Position numbers and translations under genes: made by a program | Notes under the pieces: model-generated | The model's database searches: none | What the model saw: only the letters and a program-made list of their open reading frames with translations | What the model was told of the DNA's origin: nothing | Source: Blasia pusilla | Lineage: Eukaryota | Length of the DNA: 64,000 nt | Assembly: GCA_050084515.1 (NCBI GenBank) | Contig: CM114271.1 | Span: 41,788,001 to 41,852,000 of the forward strand | Direction: 5' to 3' | In this document: piece after piece, positions 1-12,100 of the stretch | How the letters are laid out: each line of letters starts with the position of its first letter | Numbering within the stretch: the stretch's first letter is position 1

Positions 1-105
1 CAACAGGTCATCCTCGTCCTCCTGGGCATGTCCTTCACTACTCTTGCAGACGCTCTGCTAGATCCCACCGATCTATCATAACAGTCTTGACAAGTCCTAT
101 GACGT
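1..105. repeat. Fragment of the gypsy-associated LTR family seen at 2207-2842
   Basis: caacaggtcatcctcg...gctagatcccaccgatctat aligns by eye with 2751-2826 (caataggtcatcctcg...gctagatcttaccaatctat). Confidence 0.7.
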
Positions 106-149
106 CTTAGTTGGAGGTGAAGTGCTATATCCGATGGGGTTTTCTCTGG

Positions 150-275
150 ATTACTGGGACCACCCTCCACTCATTCTGTCATTGCAAAATTTTATTCTCC
201 ATGTTGGTGTGTGAGTGTGACAGTCGTTTCTCACCGATAATGCTTCTTTAGCAATTTTCTATATGATATCAGAAC
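150..275 (+). mobile_element. 3' part of the copia 5' LTR (ends ~263) plus degenerate tRNA-Met primer binding site (264-275)
   Basis: ctccactcattctgtcattgcaaaatttt...gtgtgagtgtgacagtcgtttc...ttttctata matches the LTR at 26592-26691; followed by tgatatcagaac (consensus TGGTATCAGAGC). Confidence 0.75.
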
Positions 276-2206
276 GATAGGAGAATATAAATTGAATTTC
301 TTGGTGTTTGAGGAGATAAGAGAGGCAAGAGAAGACACAATTTCAGTTTGGGAGAAAATAAATTTTGTTCAAAGCTTAGTGGGTGCTAATTTCAGGTGGA
401 GTTATGAAGGTGACAAAACTTTAGAGGTATTTTTTAGGGCATTCTCGGTCGATTTAGCCATCTGGATTCGTATCTATCATAATGGTTCCAAAATTTGGTT
501 GTGACCATCTTGTAGAGTTTGTCAAGAGATTTCCAACGTATCCAAAATCGCTCAATTCTAACAATTGGAGCTCGTGCAATAGCAATTTCTGTGAAGAAAA
601 GTATAATTAATGAAGGAAAGTTGTGCAGTTTGCTCTCTACATGCGAATTTCAACTAGTTCTTTCATACACTTCATCAACTTTGGCAAAGCTAGGTTGATT
701 TTTCTTTAGGAGTGGTCTATGCTTCAATTGGAGTAGTGGAGAGCCTGAAATTATATTTCTGAGTTAAATTGTTCATCATGGAGTATTCCTCACCAATAAT
801 CACAGGCAAGGAGCTAGATAAGCAGAATTACAATGTCTGGAAATTTCCCATGAAATAATTTCTCATGGATCAAAAACTATGGGAGATTGTTATAGGTGAT
901 GAGGCCAAGCCAGGAGATGACTCAACAAACTTGAATGTTCGCGTTTGGAATAAACGAGCAAAGCAAGTTATCCACTACATTTCAATAACTAACAGTTCGC
1001 CATTAATAGGTCATATTCAAGATGTTGATATTCCAAACGAGGCGCGAGATACATTGGAAAAGCTTCAAAAAGCTTCAATTGAAACATCAATTGAACGAAG
1101 TGAGGAAAGATCGCAGAGCATCAATAACTATGTTTTGAGTATCAGACATATTGTTGATCAATTGAATAACATTGGAGTGACACTAGAAGATGATGATCTG
1201 ATTTTGTTCACGCTTCAAGGCCTTCCAAAGGATTAAAAGTCCTTTGAGACCTCTATATATGTGAGAGAGAAGTATCCAACCTTTCAAGAGTTAGTCGCAC
1301 TATTAATGAGTGAGGAGATGTGCCTATTTGGCAGCGATAGCTCATCTAGTTTGCAAGAGAGTGTGCTATTTGCAGGTAATGGATCAAATTGAGGCAGGGG
1401 TTGTGGTAGAAGCTTCTATGGTTGTGGTGGATATCAAGCATATGCAAGAAGATGCACTCAATATAACGTCATTCAATCAACTACAAACTAGTACCATATA
1501 CAATCATAAGGTGATGATGGTGCAAATCGTTGGGATCAAGGTTAGCAAGAGAGGGTCCCTAGATCTTGGAATTACTATGGGCCGGGATAAAGGATCACTA
1601 TGTAAAGTTTTCCTTAAAGAAGAAGGTGGATATGAGAAAGAGAGCCTTATAACAACAAAACTATGTGGAGCAACAACACGAAGGACACTATCAAGATTAA
1701 CAACATTAATAATTTCAGCACCTCTTGGTCATGACTCATCATGTGGGAGCAATGGTCAAGAAAGACTCGGCAACTGAATTGTATATCGACTCTAGTGCAT
1801 CAAATGACATGACCTCATAAGCTAAATGGTTCATTAATATCGAGCCGATGAAAGATATTACAATGATGCTTACATGAGATGACACTCAACATCATACCAG
1901 ACATACCCATAAAGTTCCAATAGTTTCAGATGGTCTTTGTGCTCTTGGAAATGTTCTCAATGTTCTTACCATTGCAATAAACTTGATCTCTATAGGACAT
2001 ATAGTAGAACACAATTATCAAGTAAAGTTTAACACAAATGGTTGTTTCATTGAAACAATGGATGACCAGACTATGATAGCCAAAGGAATTAGATGTGGTT
2101 GAATGTTCAAATTAGATGTTTCTATGCCAGAGATTGAAAGAGCAATATATGGTCAAACCGACCAACAAGTCACAGATCTAATTGTGTGGCATAAGAGAAT
2201 TGGTGT

Positions 2207-2970
2207 TGTGCGTATACACATTGCTATAAAATATATATCATTATCACCAGACACACACATAAATACGCATGATCCCATGATAACTCATGGCATCTAAACA
2301 AGGAGACAAGAAGTACCAAAATATCTCCAGTAAAATACGATCCCATCTCTCTCAACACCATAGCTCTCAAATATGTGCACTCTCACATATCTCTCTCAAT
2401 GTCAAACCAAACCTACTCTCCTAATGAAAGGCTTAGGTTACACTCACAAGGCAAGGGAACATAGCTCCGCCGCCTCATGCCAAGAGGTTCAATAAAGAGA
2501 GAATGAGCTCTCAAGCTCTCTCTCTTGGAGATATATCCCCTTCCCTCTCCCAAACTCTCTCTTCGATAACTTATGCTCGCTGGTCACCTCCTTGGCTCTT
2601 GACATGCTCTAGCGGATCAAGGGTCACTTCCCAAAGTGTAAAGTCAACTATATTATAATTGGAAACTTACCAAAATAGAAAGTTTCTCTATATGGCTCCA
2701 AATGAGCCGAAACGAATGGGAAATCTGCTCTCTCAAGTTATATGTGGCCTCAATAGGTCATCCTCGACTTCTTGAGGATGTCCTCCAGTATCTCCGAAGG
2801 CGCTATGCTAGATCTTACCAATCTATGTTAAAAAACGTGACAGCTTTTGTGCGCATATATATTGCTACACAACATACATCGCTATCACCGGACTCACACA
2901 TAAACACGTACGATCCCATGCTAACTCATGGCATCCAAAAGACGAGACAAGAAGTACCAAAATATTTCCA
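2207..2970. mobile_element. LTR (TG 2207...CA 2842) followed by a truncated second copy (2848-~2970), nested in the copia
   Basis: 2207-2330 is repeated at 2848-2970 (tgtgcg.ata.a.attgcta...gatcccatg.taactcatggcatc...gagacaagaagtaccaaaatat); TG...CA termini. Confidence 0.65.
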
Positions 2971-3154
2971 ATTGTCCCCCTAGTTGATGGTTAGATCCCT
3001 CTAACTCCAGATAGCCATCTATCGCTACCTACCATGACATACATCTCTCGGACGCTAAGAGCAAAAAGGTCGGGTGCTCATGTGGCCCCATTGTTAGTTC
3101 CCTTCTTGTCATCCATGTCACACACAGAAGTCGAAGTCTAAAACTACCTACTCT

Positions 3155-4335
3155 ATGTATATCCAGGACACATCCATTGTCCTTGAGGAACCCTAGTGAG
3201 AGGTGGCGTCAAACATGCCATATGCCATCCTCTCGAACATCCATCACAAACTAGCATAGTGGCTGCACCACGGGCGGTTTCCACACAACATACATCGCAA
3301 GTGTGCAACAACTAATGCTAAGCTCGTATCAACTACACCGTCAATATTCGGAAGATGACATGGCGCACAGTTACGCACATGGTCCTTCCAAACCATACCA
3401 TCGCGTCCCTCCAATAAGAGAATACCGAATGGAAAAATCTCACGCATTCTCAAGATGGTGCGCCTTGCAGTCACATCCAACGTCGTGAGTGCCGTTTGCT
3501 GCAAGTAGACATAGTCTCCCTTATGAAACCTCCGAATAGTAGGTCGATAACCACCTCCCCGAATAGTTGCATACCTCAACGTATCTTGATGTTATGCAAT
3601 CGCCAAGTTCTCAAACACCATGGGCATGACTCTCTGAAACAACTCAGCCCTCTGAGAACATGCTCGCATCCATACATCAAGATCATCAAGATTCAACATC
3701 TCACCAATATCTTGACGAATGGCCGTAAGTAAATCTGGCTCTCGACCATATAGCAGCAAGTACGGTGAGAAAGACGCTAAGGATGCCTGCCTGCTGAATT
3801 TGTATCCCATCGCCAACCACGACAACTAGAGGTCACAATCTCCTAGGTAACCTCTCTGCAATCCATACTTGCGCAATCCTCTCTTCATCATCTGCACAAC
3901 TCTCTTCGCTAGTCCATCCGTCTTATGATGATCTCGCGAAGTGGTGCGGTGGTTGATCAGCGTTCGATGATACAAGGCCTTAAACTCCCCGCGAAACTCC
4001 GTACCTTGGTTTGTCAACACTTGAGCTGGTGCACCGAAATGACTCAGCACTCAATCTAGGAAGGCATACACTACTTCCTCACTCGCTTTGTCAGACAATG
4101 CAACCAACTCTATCCATTTCGAGAAGTGCTCGACCATCACCAACACATAACGACTATGGCGCTCCATCAAAGGCAAAGGTCCTACAAAATCCAAACTCCA
4201 TCTATAACCTAAACCCATGATCGGAAGTGGATGCAATTGTGGAGTCAAATCATTGAACGATGCTTGAACTTGATCACACACCATGCACATGGCAACAAAC
4301 TGCTGAAAGTCAGTCCGCATGCCTCGCCACTAATA
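3155..4335 (-). pseudogene. Ty3/gypsy integrase remnant with C-terminal PHD finger
   Basis: Zn-binding CMVC; RWSLDFVGPLP..YVLVMVEHFSKWIELVAL; VLTNQGTEF; TDGLAKR; FSPYLLLYGREP; then CMLC..(frameshift)..MLVCDGCSRGWHMACLTPPLTRVPQGQWMCP. Confidence 0.88.
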
Positions 4336-5714
4336 CTATTCCTACTAAAAGACGTCAGAAATTAGACCCTAAATTTTAAAGATGTATCTTCATTGGCTAT
4401 GCTGATGGAACAAAGGGGTATAAGTATTACATTCCATCCTCTAAGAAACTTATTTTTAGTCGCGATTTTGTCTTTGATGAGATAAATTCATCGTATGCTT
4501 AAATTTGAGCCTATTCCACCTCTAAACTCGTCTCAAGATGGGGAGAATTTGAGTAGAAATCAACGGATATTGCCTACAAATTCCCCAAGTCCTAGTGTAG
4601 GATTAGGTGAGGTCATAGATTTTCCAGTTAAATATGTTTGTCCCTGGACATGAACAGTACGTATCCAGCCTGTTGACACTAGTTAGAGCTCGAGTCAAGT
4701 ATCAAAGGCATCCACGTTTGAACAACAACTTTGTAGATCAAGTAGATTCACATATCTTGTTCATAGATTCATAAATGAAGGATTCCTTACAACATTGTTG
4801 ACACATCATGCATATATGATGACTACCCTTCAAGAACGAGAGCGGAGTTTTTTTGAAGAAGCTATAAGTAACGTCGAATGGATTGCAGCTATGGAGAAAG
4901 AGCTTGCTGCATTAAGACATCAACAGACCTGGAAGCTGATTGATATACTTTCTAGTAAAGAAGCTATTGGTTGCAAATGGCTTTATAAAATCAAGCGCAA
5001 TCAATCTAGTACAGTGAATAGATACAAAATAAGATTGGTAGCTAAGGGCTATGCATAACAATATGACATCGATTATGATGAGACATTTAGCCATGTTGTA
5101 AAGATGACGACCATAAGACATGTGGTTGCAATTATAGTAAGTAAGAAGTAGAGATTCCATCACATGGACGTCACTAATGCCTTCTTGAATGGAGATCTAT
5201 CTAAGAAGATATATATGACTCAACCACTTGGATGTGAGCATCTCGAGTTTCCATTTTGAGGATAAAGATTCAGGAAAGCTCTATATTGGCTCAAACAAGC
5301 TCCAAGATCTTGGTATGGCAAGATTACATACGTCCTACAAGAATTGGGCTTTAGAATATGTGATTTTGACTCCTCATTATATGTCTTGAGATGACAAGAT
5401 CATACGATTATAATTTTGTTGTATGTTGATGACTTCTTGATTATTGGGAGGACTGAGGATATGGTACAACAAGTCAAGCTAAAGTTGCAAGCATAATTTG
5501 ATATAAAGGACTTGGGAAAACTCAAATACTTCCTTGGTATTGAGTTTATCAAGGTTGGAGAGAGCATCTGGTTATTACAATGAAAATATGCTTTTCACAT
5601 GCTTTCAAGATATGGTATGACGACTTGTAAGCCAATCTCTACACCGTTGGGCTAGAGTGTGAAGCTAAGAGTGGATGAAGGAGAGTTGCTTATAGATTCT
5701 AATATGGACAGGCG

Positions 5715-6393
5715 GGGGGCTGGTATTCTGGCATGAGAGAGGAAGAGAGGAGAGTCTCTCTTAAAAAAAAGGCACAAAAGGGAAAAAAAACAAAAACTCT
5801 CTTCAAAAAATATGAAGATTATGGATAATAAGTGAGTAATTTTTTTGGAGATTTGTTTTGAAGAGAGGAAACTTAGTGCAACCCGTCGGAATCCGACGGA
5901 TTGCAATTTTTTTTTTTTTTTTTTTTTTTTTTGGTTAAGGAAAAATTTTCATTTTTTGGGGTTTTTTTAACATTTGCAACCCGTCGGAGTCTGACGGGTT
6001 GCTTTCTAGGCATCATGGCAACCTGTCAGACTTTGATAGGTTTCTTTTTGGCCTCAAAAGCAACCCGTCGGAGTCCCACGGGTTGCTAACGTTTAAAAAA
6101 CCCCAAAAAATGAAATTTTTTCCTTAACCATAAAAAAAAAACCAAAAAAAGTTGCAACCCGTCGGATTTCTGAAGGGTTGAAAAGGTAAAAATAATTAGA
6201 AAAAAAACAATTTCAATTTTTTTTTTCTCCACAAAATGTTTTTGGAACAAATTTGCCTTTTCAACTTGTCAAAACTTTCCTCTCTCCAACCTGTCGGAAA
6301 CTCTCTTCAGACCAAAAGAGCCCTAGGGGTTGCCAATATCTTCCTCTCTCCTCTCTCCTCTCTTCCTCTCTTCCTCTCCTCTTACCGCTCTTC
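5715..6393 (+). mobile_element. 679-bp non-autonomous Mutator-like element inserted in the copia RT
   Basis: Flanked by perfect 10-bp TSD tggacaggcg (5705-5714 and 6394-6403); removing it restores copia RT DSNMDRRMVGSLIYLT; ends match those of the 7477-26427 element; about 5 internal 29-bp palindromes. Confidence 0.9.
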
Positions 6394-6803
6394 TGGACAG
6401 GCGCATGGTTGGAAGTTTGATCTATCTAACTATAACTTGGCCAATTTGAGCTATATAGTTAGCCTAGTGAGCCCATTTATGAAAGTATCTCAAAAACCTC
6501 ATCTTGATGTTGTGAGGAGGATTGTGTAATATGTGAAATTCTCTGTTCAATTCGGGCTTCAATTTGAACTTTCTCCAATTTTATAATTACAAGGATTCAT
6601 AGATGCTGATTAGGCAAGAAGCGTGTCTGATAGACATTCAACATCTAGTTATTCTTTTGCCTTGGGGAGCACGGATATAAGTTGGGCTTCAAAGAAGAAA
6701 CCTACAGTTGCTTTATCTTCAACAAAGACTGAGTACAAAGGATCAACCAATGCTGCATGTGAGGTGATGTGGCTTCATCGATTACTTTTTAAGCTCGGTG
6801 TTA

Positions 6804-7497
6804 GTAACTTAGGACCTAGTGTAATATATGGAGGTAATATTAGTAGCATCAAGCTTGCTAGTAATCTCGTGTTTCATGCTCAAACAAAGCATGTAGAGAT
6901 GCACTATCATTTTATCAAAGAGAAAGTGTTTGCAAGAAAATTTGATGTTGTGTATATAAGTACAAATCATCAAATTGGTGATATCTTTACAAAGGCATTA
7001 TCAATATATAAGTTTGAGATATTTAGAAATAATTTAGGCATTAGAGATATCGATATGAGTCGCGGGGGGGAATATTGAAGATTGAGATATAATGAAACTC
7101 ATCGGATACCTAAACTGCTACATTTGGTAGTGGGGGCTGGTATTCTGGAAGGGTAACTTAGGACCTAGTGTAATATATGGAGGTAATATTAGTAGCATCA
7201 AGCTTGCTATTAATCTCGTGTTTCATGCTCAAACAAAGCATGTAGAGATGCACTATCATTTTATCAAAGAGAAAGTGTTTGCAAGAAAATTTGATGTTGT
7301 GTATATAAGTACAAATCATCAAATTGGTGATATCTTTACAAAGGCATTATCAATATATAAGTTTGAGATATTTAGAAATAATTTAGGCATTAGAGATATC
7401 GATATGAGCTGGGGGAATATTGAAGATTGAGATATAGTGAAGCTCATCGGATACCTAAAATGCTACATTTGGTAGTGGGGGCTGGTATTCTGGAAGG
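6804..7497 (+). repeat. ~349-bp tandem duplication covering the RNase H end, PPT, LTR start and first ~20 bp of the large MULE
   Basis: 6804-7152 and 7153-7497 are nearly identical; both units end in atttggtagt-gggggctggtattctggaagg. Confidence 0.9.
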
Positions 7498-8690
7498 AGA
7501 GAGTAAGAGAGGAGAGTCTCTCTTCAAAAAAAGGGCAAAATCCGCCTCCTCTCTTCAAAACTTTTTGATATTTTTGAAATTTTTGTTTGCTTTCAAATTC
7601 ATAAAATCTTTAGAAGAGAGTAGCAAGTGGACCACATTCGGGCCTATAGTAACCTTCTTTTTCCAGGCTTGGAAAAACAAGTAGACATCATAAGACCACT
7701 ACAAACATTCTTCCATCACTCTCCATGTGAGCCCAATTTTCTTCACATTTCCTGTCTAAGCTAGCTCTACAGTAAGTCGGTCTGAGGGATATTATTATTG
7801 GAGGACCATCGGCAGATAATTTGACCAGATGTAGCAATGCCATCTCAATGAAAGATCCAAATAAAGACTCTAACTATGGTCTCCATATACTCCTGTTCCC
7901 TTTAAGGTTTAACTTCTCTTAAGATGTGGTCGACATTATGGATTGTTGACTCTTCTTGCAAAAGGCATTAAATATCCGATCCGATCAATACTCATCCATG
8001 AAGGGGCTTTCCACAACAGAACAAATCACTCATCACTGATGGTAGCCGAAGACTTTTATGACAGCATTGGATGATGTTGGTTCATGAATGGGTGCATAAA
8101 GTATACCATGGACTATTTTGCGTTTGACAACTAGGTTTCACCAATCTCTCAACCACTCAGAAATGTATGCATCAAGAAGAAAATTTGATCAGACTGAGAG
8201 GACAATTGAAGCAAAAGGTTGATAGCTATCGAGAGTAAAGAGGAACTGATGCACCCATGTCCCTACATTTAGACCCTAAATGTCGGAATCCGACGGGTTG
8301 GAAGGGCGAAATCCAACAGGTTGCACCCCTTCCAACCCGTCGGAAGCAAGCACACCACAACAAAAGAAGGATCTTGACAAGTGATTCCATTCCACCCTGC
8401 AATCCATGAGAATCTGACACGTTGGAAATCCGACAGGTAGTAGGAATCTAACATATCTATGAAGTAGCGTGTTAAAGAAGAATGGTGTGACAAAAATGGG
8501 GGAACGAGGCAAAAGTGAAGAAGCCTGCTAGAATGCCTGAAAAGTTGGACTAACAGAGAAAAAGTGGGATCACTCAAGCAGCCAACTTGTCAGAATCCGA
8601 CAAGTTGCATGCAAGGGGTTTAAAATATTATGACAAGTTGTAATCTGTCGGAATCCGACGGGTTGCAAAATAAACAGCCTTGAGTAGATA

Positions 8691-9137
8691 GAGGTGCGGT
8701 AAGAGGAGAGGAAGAGAGGAGAGAGGAGAGAGGTGAGAGGAGACAGGAGAGAGGAGAGAGGAAAGAGGAAACTACCTTCAACCGAAAAAAAAATAAAAAT
8801 TTGAAGAGAGTTTCCTACGATTTGACGAGAGTTTCCGTTGTGTTGGAGGAAAAATGTTGTGTCACTTTTTTTGCACTTTTGTGCTCAGTTCTTAAGCACT
8901 CCCACATATTTTTTTTCCTCTTCCACATTTTGGCAACCCCTCTAAGTCCGACGAGTTGCAAATTGCACAAAATTTAGAAAATTGAAAAATCAGTGGAATC
9001 ATAAGTGTGGAACCAATCACTTTTTCCATCCAAGGTCTGGAAAAAATCTATCATTTGCCTTGGGCTGAATAGAGTTCAAGCTTAAAGTGAAGGTTCTCGG
9101 AAAATAAAAGTACCATCTAAAACCTCATTTTGCATCC
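8691..9137 (-). mobile_element. Second 'right end' of the same transposon family in inverted orientation (nested copy)
   Basis: gaggtgcggtaagaggagaggaagagagg is the reverse complement of the ends at 6393 and 26427; 8691-10510 is an inverted homolog of 24667-26427. Confidence 0.85.
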
Positions 9138-12100
9138 TCAAAGTGGTTTGTTTAGAATACTTCGCACTTCTGTGAGGGACAGAATTGGTTGGTGGATTCC
9201 TACTCCTACCTTCGACTCTCTTAAAACTACAAGCAACACATAGTTCATGTGCTTATAAGGGAAATACCTTTTTCCACTTGTCTCTCTTTGGACAAAGTCA
9301 TCACACGAACATGTGGGAAAGTAACAGATGTGCACCACATACACCCCTGTGACACTTGAATTTACAGTGTTGTTCCTGACCCAATACATCCTTCCTATTC
9401 CATTTCCATTGTGGACATCTTTTTTGGCGATGATCTCCATTTTTGCCTCTGGAGCTGATGCAATTCGCTTTGCTCTCTCCACCGTTGGCCTACACATTTT
9501 TTTCTCTTCACCCCATTTCTAGACTGAAATAGAAACAGTGGATTGAGATCATCCACCTTCTCCGGGTACATATTGACATCAATCTTGGGTTGAATACAAA
9601 ATACAAAGGTCTCTGTAATGCAAACATGCTCTGAACTTTCTCCGTCTACGAGTCTGAAATCGGCACTTGTAAGATTGTCCACTTCGTCTTGAGTGCAATT
9701 CGTACCTGCGGCGATGGGCCAAATCGTGGGGGTATTTCTCGGAGCTCCAATGGCGGCCGGATAAGACTTCCAGAAAGTGCAATATTCATTTGGGAAAAAG
9801 AAGTAGTTCAATTGATCCCCGATCCTCGTGGAACGATCAAAGGTTTTGAGTCCCCAAAACCAAGGGAGTGGTGGTCCAGTCCTTGTACAATTCTTATTTA
9901 GGAAAGTTCCGCATGCTCTCCTAATGCCATCAGATCCTGGTCTGCAAATGGGTCCACGTCCAGGGTTGCTCCGAGATATATGCCATCGTTTCAGGTTGTA
10001 ATCCACCTCCATGACCGGAATCCCATATTATTGAACCACCCCAGCGACCGGATGTTGCGAACTTCCAGCAACGGACGGCTTTTGAAATAAAACATTCACT
10101 GATTTTGGAGAAGTTACTCCATCATGGATTTGGGAGCAATCCGGGGTCTCCGAGTACATGGGCGGCGTAATTTCCTCATCCAAATCAATGACCGGATTCA
10201 TTCCTCGATGCTGCCTCTTCACCTGCCTGAAGTCAAGATACTTATTTGGTCTCCACGAGTCTCGCTCGGACTTCTCTACCACGATCTGTATGGGACGTCT
10301 TGAAATGCGCCCACGAATATCCCCACCAATGTGTAGGTCTTGTTCGGGAGGAGTTCCTGCTACGCACCGGTTGAAGACTTCCACATAGAGTTTCTCATCA
10401 CCAGATCTCACAACCACCCTGACATAAGGCTCGTAGATCGAAGGTCCCCTTCCTTTTGTTATGCCTTTTGTAAGGAAGATATGGGATGTTACAGACTGTA
10501 GCATTGCTCTTGCCTGGTCTTGTTGGAATGTCTCCACAAGTGAAATTCTTTGGCATGCTTGTGACAAACTTTAGGAGGAATGAACACTTTCTGCTCCACT
10601 TGTGTTGGGGCAGAGGGCATTTTTATGAATGTTCAATCCTTGCAACGACCCCAATGTGAGAAGGAAACGAAAATTGGTCAGAAGTCGAAGAAATAAGCTA
10701 CATGTCGAAACCAGACGAGTTGCAAGGCCGAGGCATCCCATGAACAACTATGCGACCTGTTGGTTCCTGAGGTGTTGCAACACCCAGGAACCACCTAGTG
10801 CAACCCGTCCGATTCCGACGGGTTGCAAGTAAATTTGGCCATGCGACTTGCAACCCGTCCTTTTCCGACTGGTTGCACACTCAAGAAATCCATCAACCCG
10901 TTCTTTTTGACTGGTTGCACTCTCAGGAAACCCGTCAATCCGTTGGATTCTGACGGGTTGCAAGTAAATTTGGCCGTGCGACTTGCAACCTGTCGGTTTC
11001 CGACTGGTTGCACACTTAGGCAACCCATTGGTAAGCGACGGGTTGAACACTCAGGGAGGCAACCTGTCGCTTGGTTTCTTTGATTTGAAATCCCTATAGT
11101 GCCCACGCTTCTCAACTTTAGCTGCAACTCTTCAAACCATTTCCAGCGAGACAAATTAGTGAACTCACTTCCCGCATGAAGTTTCCCCATTGTCTCATTC
11201 GTACAATCCACCAACTCAACCAAGAGCATAACTCTTTGTACTTCCCCTTAATCGCATGTTTACTCCACCACCCATGAATTTCTTCTTGGCATTCCATGGC
11301 CTGTTTCAAGGTTTTGGTGTCCTTGCAACGTTGGAGTAGAGTGACATGCTCCATCCTCTTATTCTCCTTGATGCAAGATTTGGTGTACCGGGTCGTAGAC
11401 TGTTGCCAATGGAAAGCATCCAACCTTTCTCTCTCCGGTTGAACCTCCCCACCCCAAAACACTTCCCTGATAGAAATCCACCTAGGTTGTGCATTGTCCG
11501 CCATAAACCCATAAATTTCCGGACGTGGCCTCTTGTTTTCCTTCACAACCTCCAATAAGAGTAACCAGCACATCTTCAAACTGCCAACGTCTTCTGCTTT
11601 TACTTCACATACAAATATAGTTTTGAGTCCTTTCTCCATATGGTCATGAACGTGAGTACCCATTGTCAACCATCTGTTCAACACTCTATAGCAAATATCA
11701 AAGCTTAACCAGGTGCTGTAAAGATCTTCCCCTTCTCTCATTCGATCTATAAGATCGAGGCCACTGGACGGACCTATCATTGACATTTTGAAGACATAGG
11801 CCCTCGATCTTTTGCCTCCCTGGCCCATGAACTGCCATCTCTTAATGAATGGAAATCAGGAGTTGGCCTTGATTATAGAAATGGCATCCATTTCGGCCGT
11901 CTTTCCATCTAGTACCCGTATTTGATGCAGCAAAGTCCGGAAGCATTCAAGATCAACAAGAAATGCGAGATTTTCCCAGAGTTGTGTCTCCTCAACAACT
12001 GTGATCTCGCTCTGTCCAGGGATTCTAAGCAGTTGTTCACAAATTTGCGATGTTGTTGTTAACTTGATCACTGCGGGCTTTGAACCCGGAGAGTTTCTGT

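Larger units (their letters stand above)
778..7078 (+). pseudogene. Ty1/copia gag-pol remnant (gag, protease, GAG-pre-integrase, integrase C-terminus, RT, RNase H); many stops; interrupted by insertions
   Basis: gag: NYNVWKF..MDQKLWEIV, LFTLQGLP; LIVWHKRIG; KLDPK..CIFIGYADGTKGYK; AIGCKWLYKIKRN..RYKIRLVAKGY; LYVDD; RNase H ISWASKKKPTVALSSTKTEY, TKHVEMHYHFIKEK, DIFTKAL; polypurine tract at ~7063-7071. The integrase core is replaced by the gypsy insert. Confidence 0.92.

Noticed and set aside
10698-11229. ORFs with repeated CNPSESDGL / QPVG peptides (also 15483-15740 and 22991-23290)
   Set aside because: Translations of the palindrome arrays, open on both strands; not evidence of a repeat protein.
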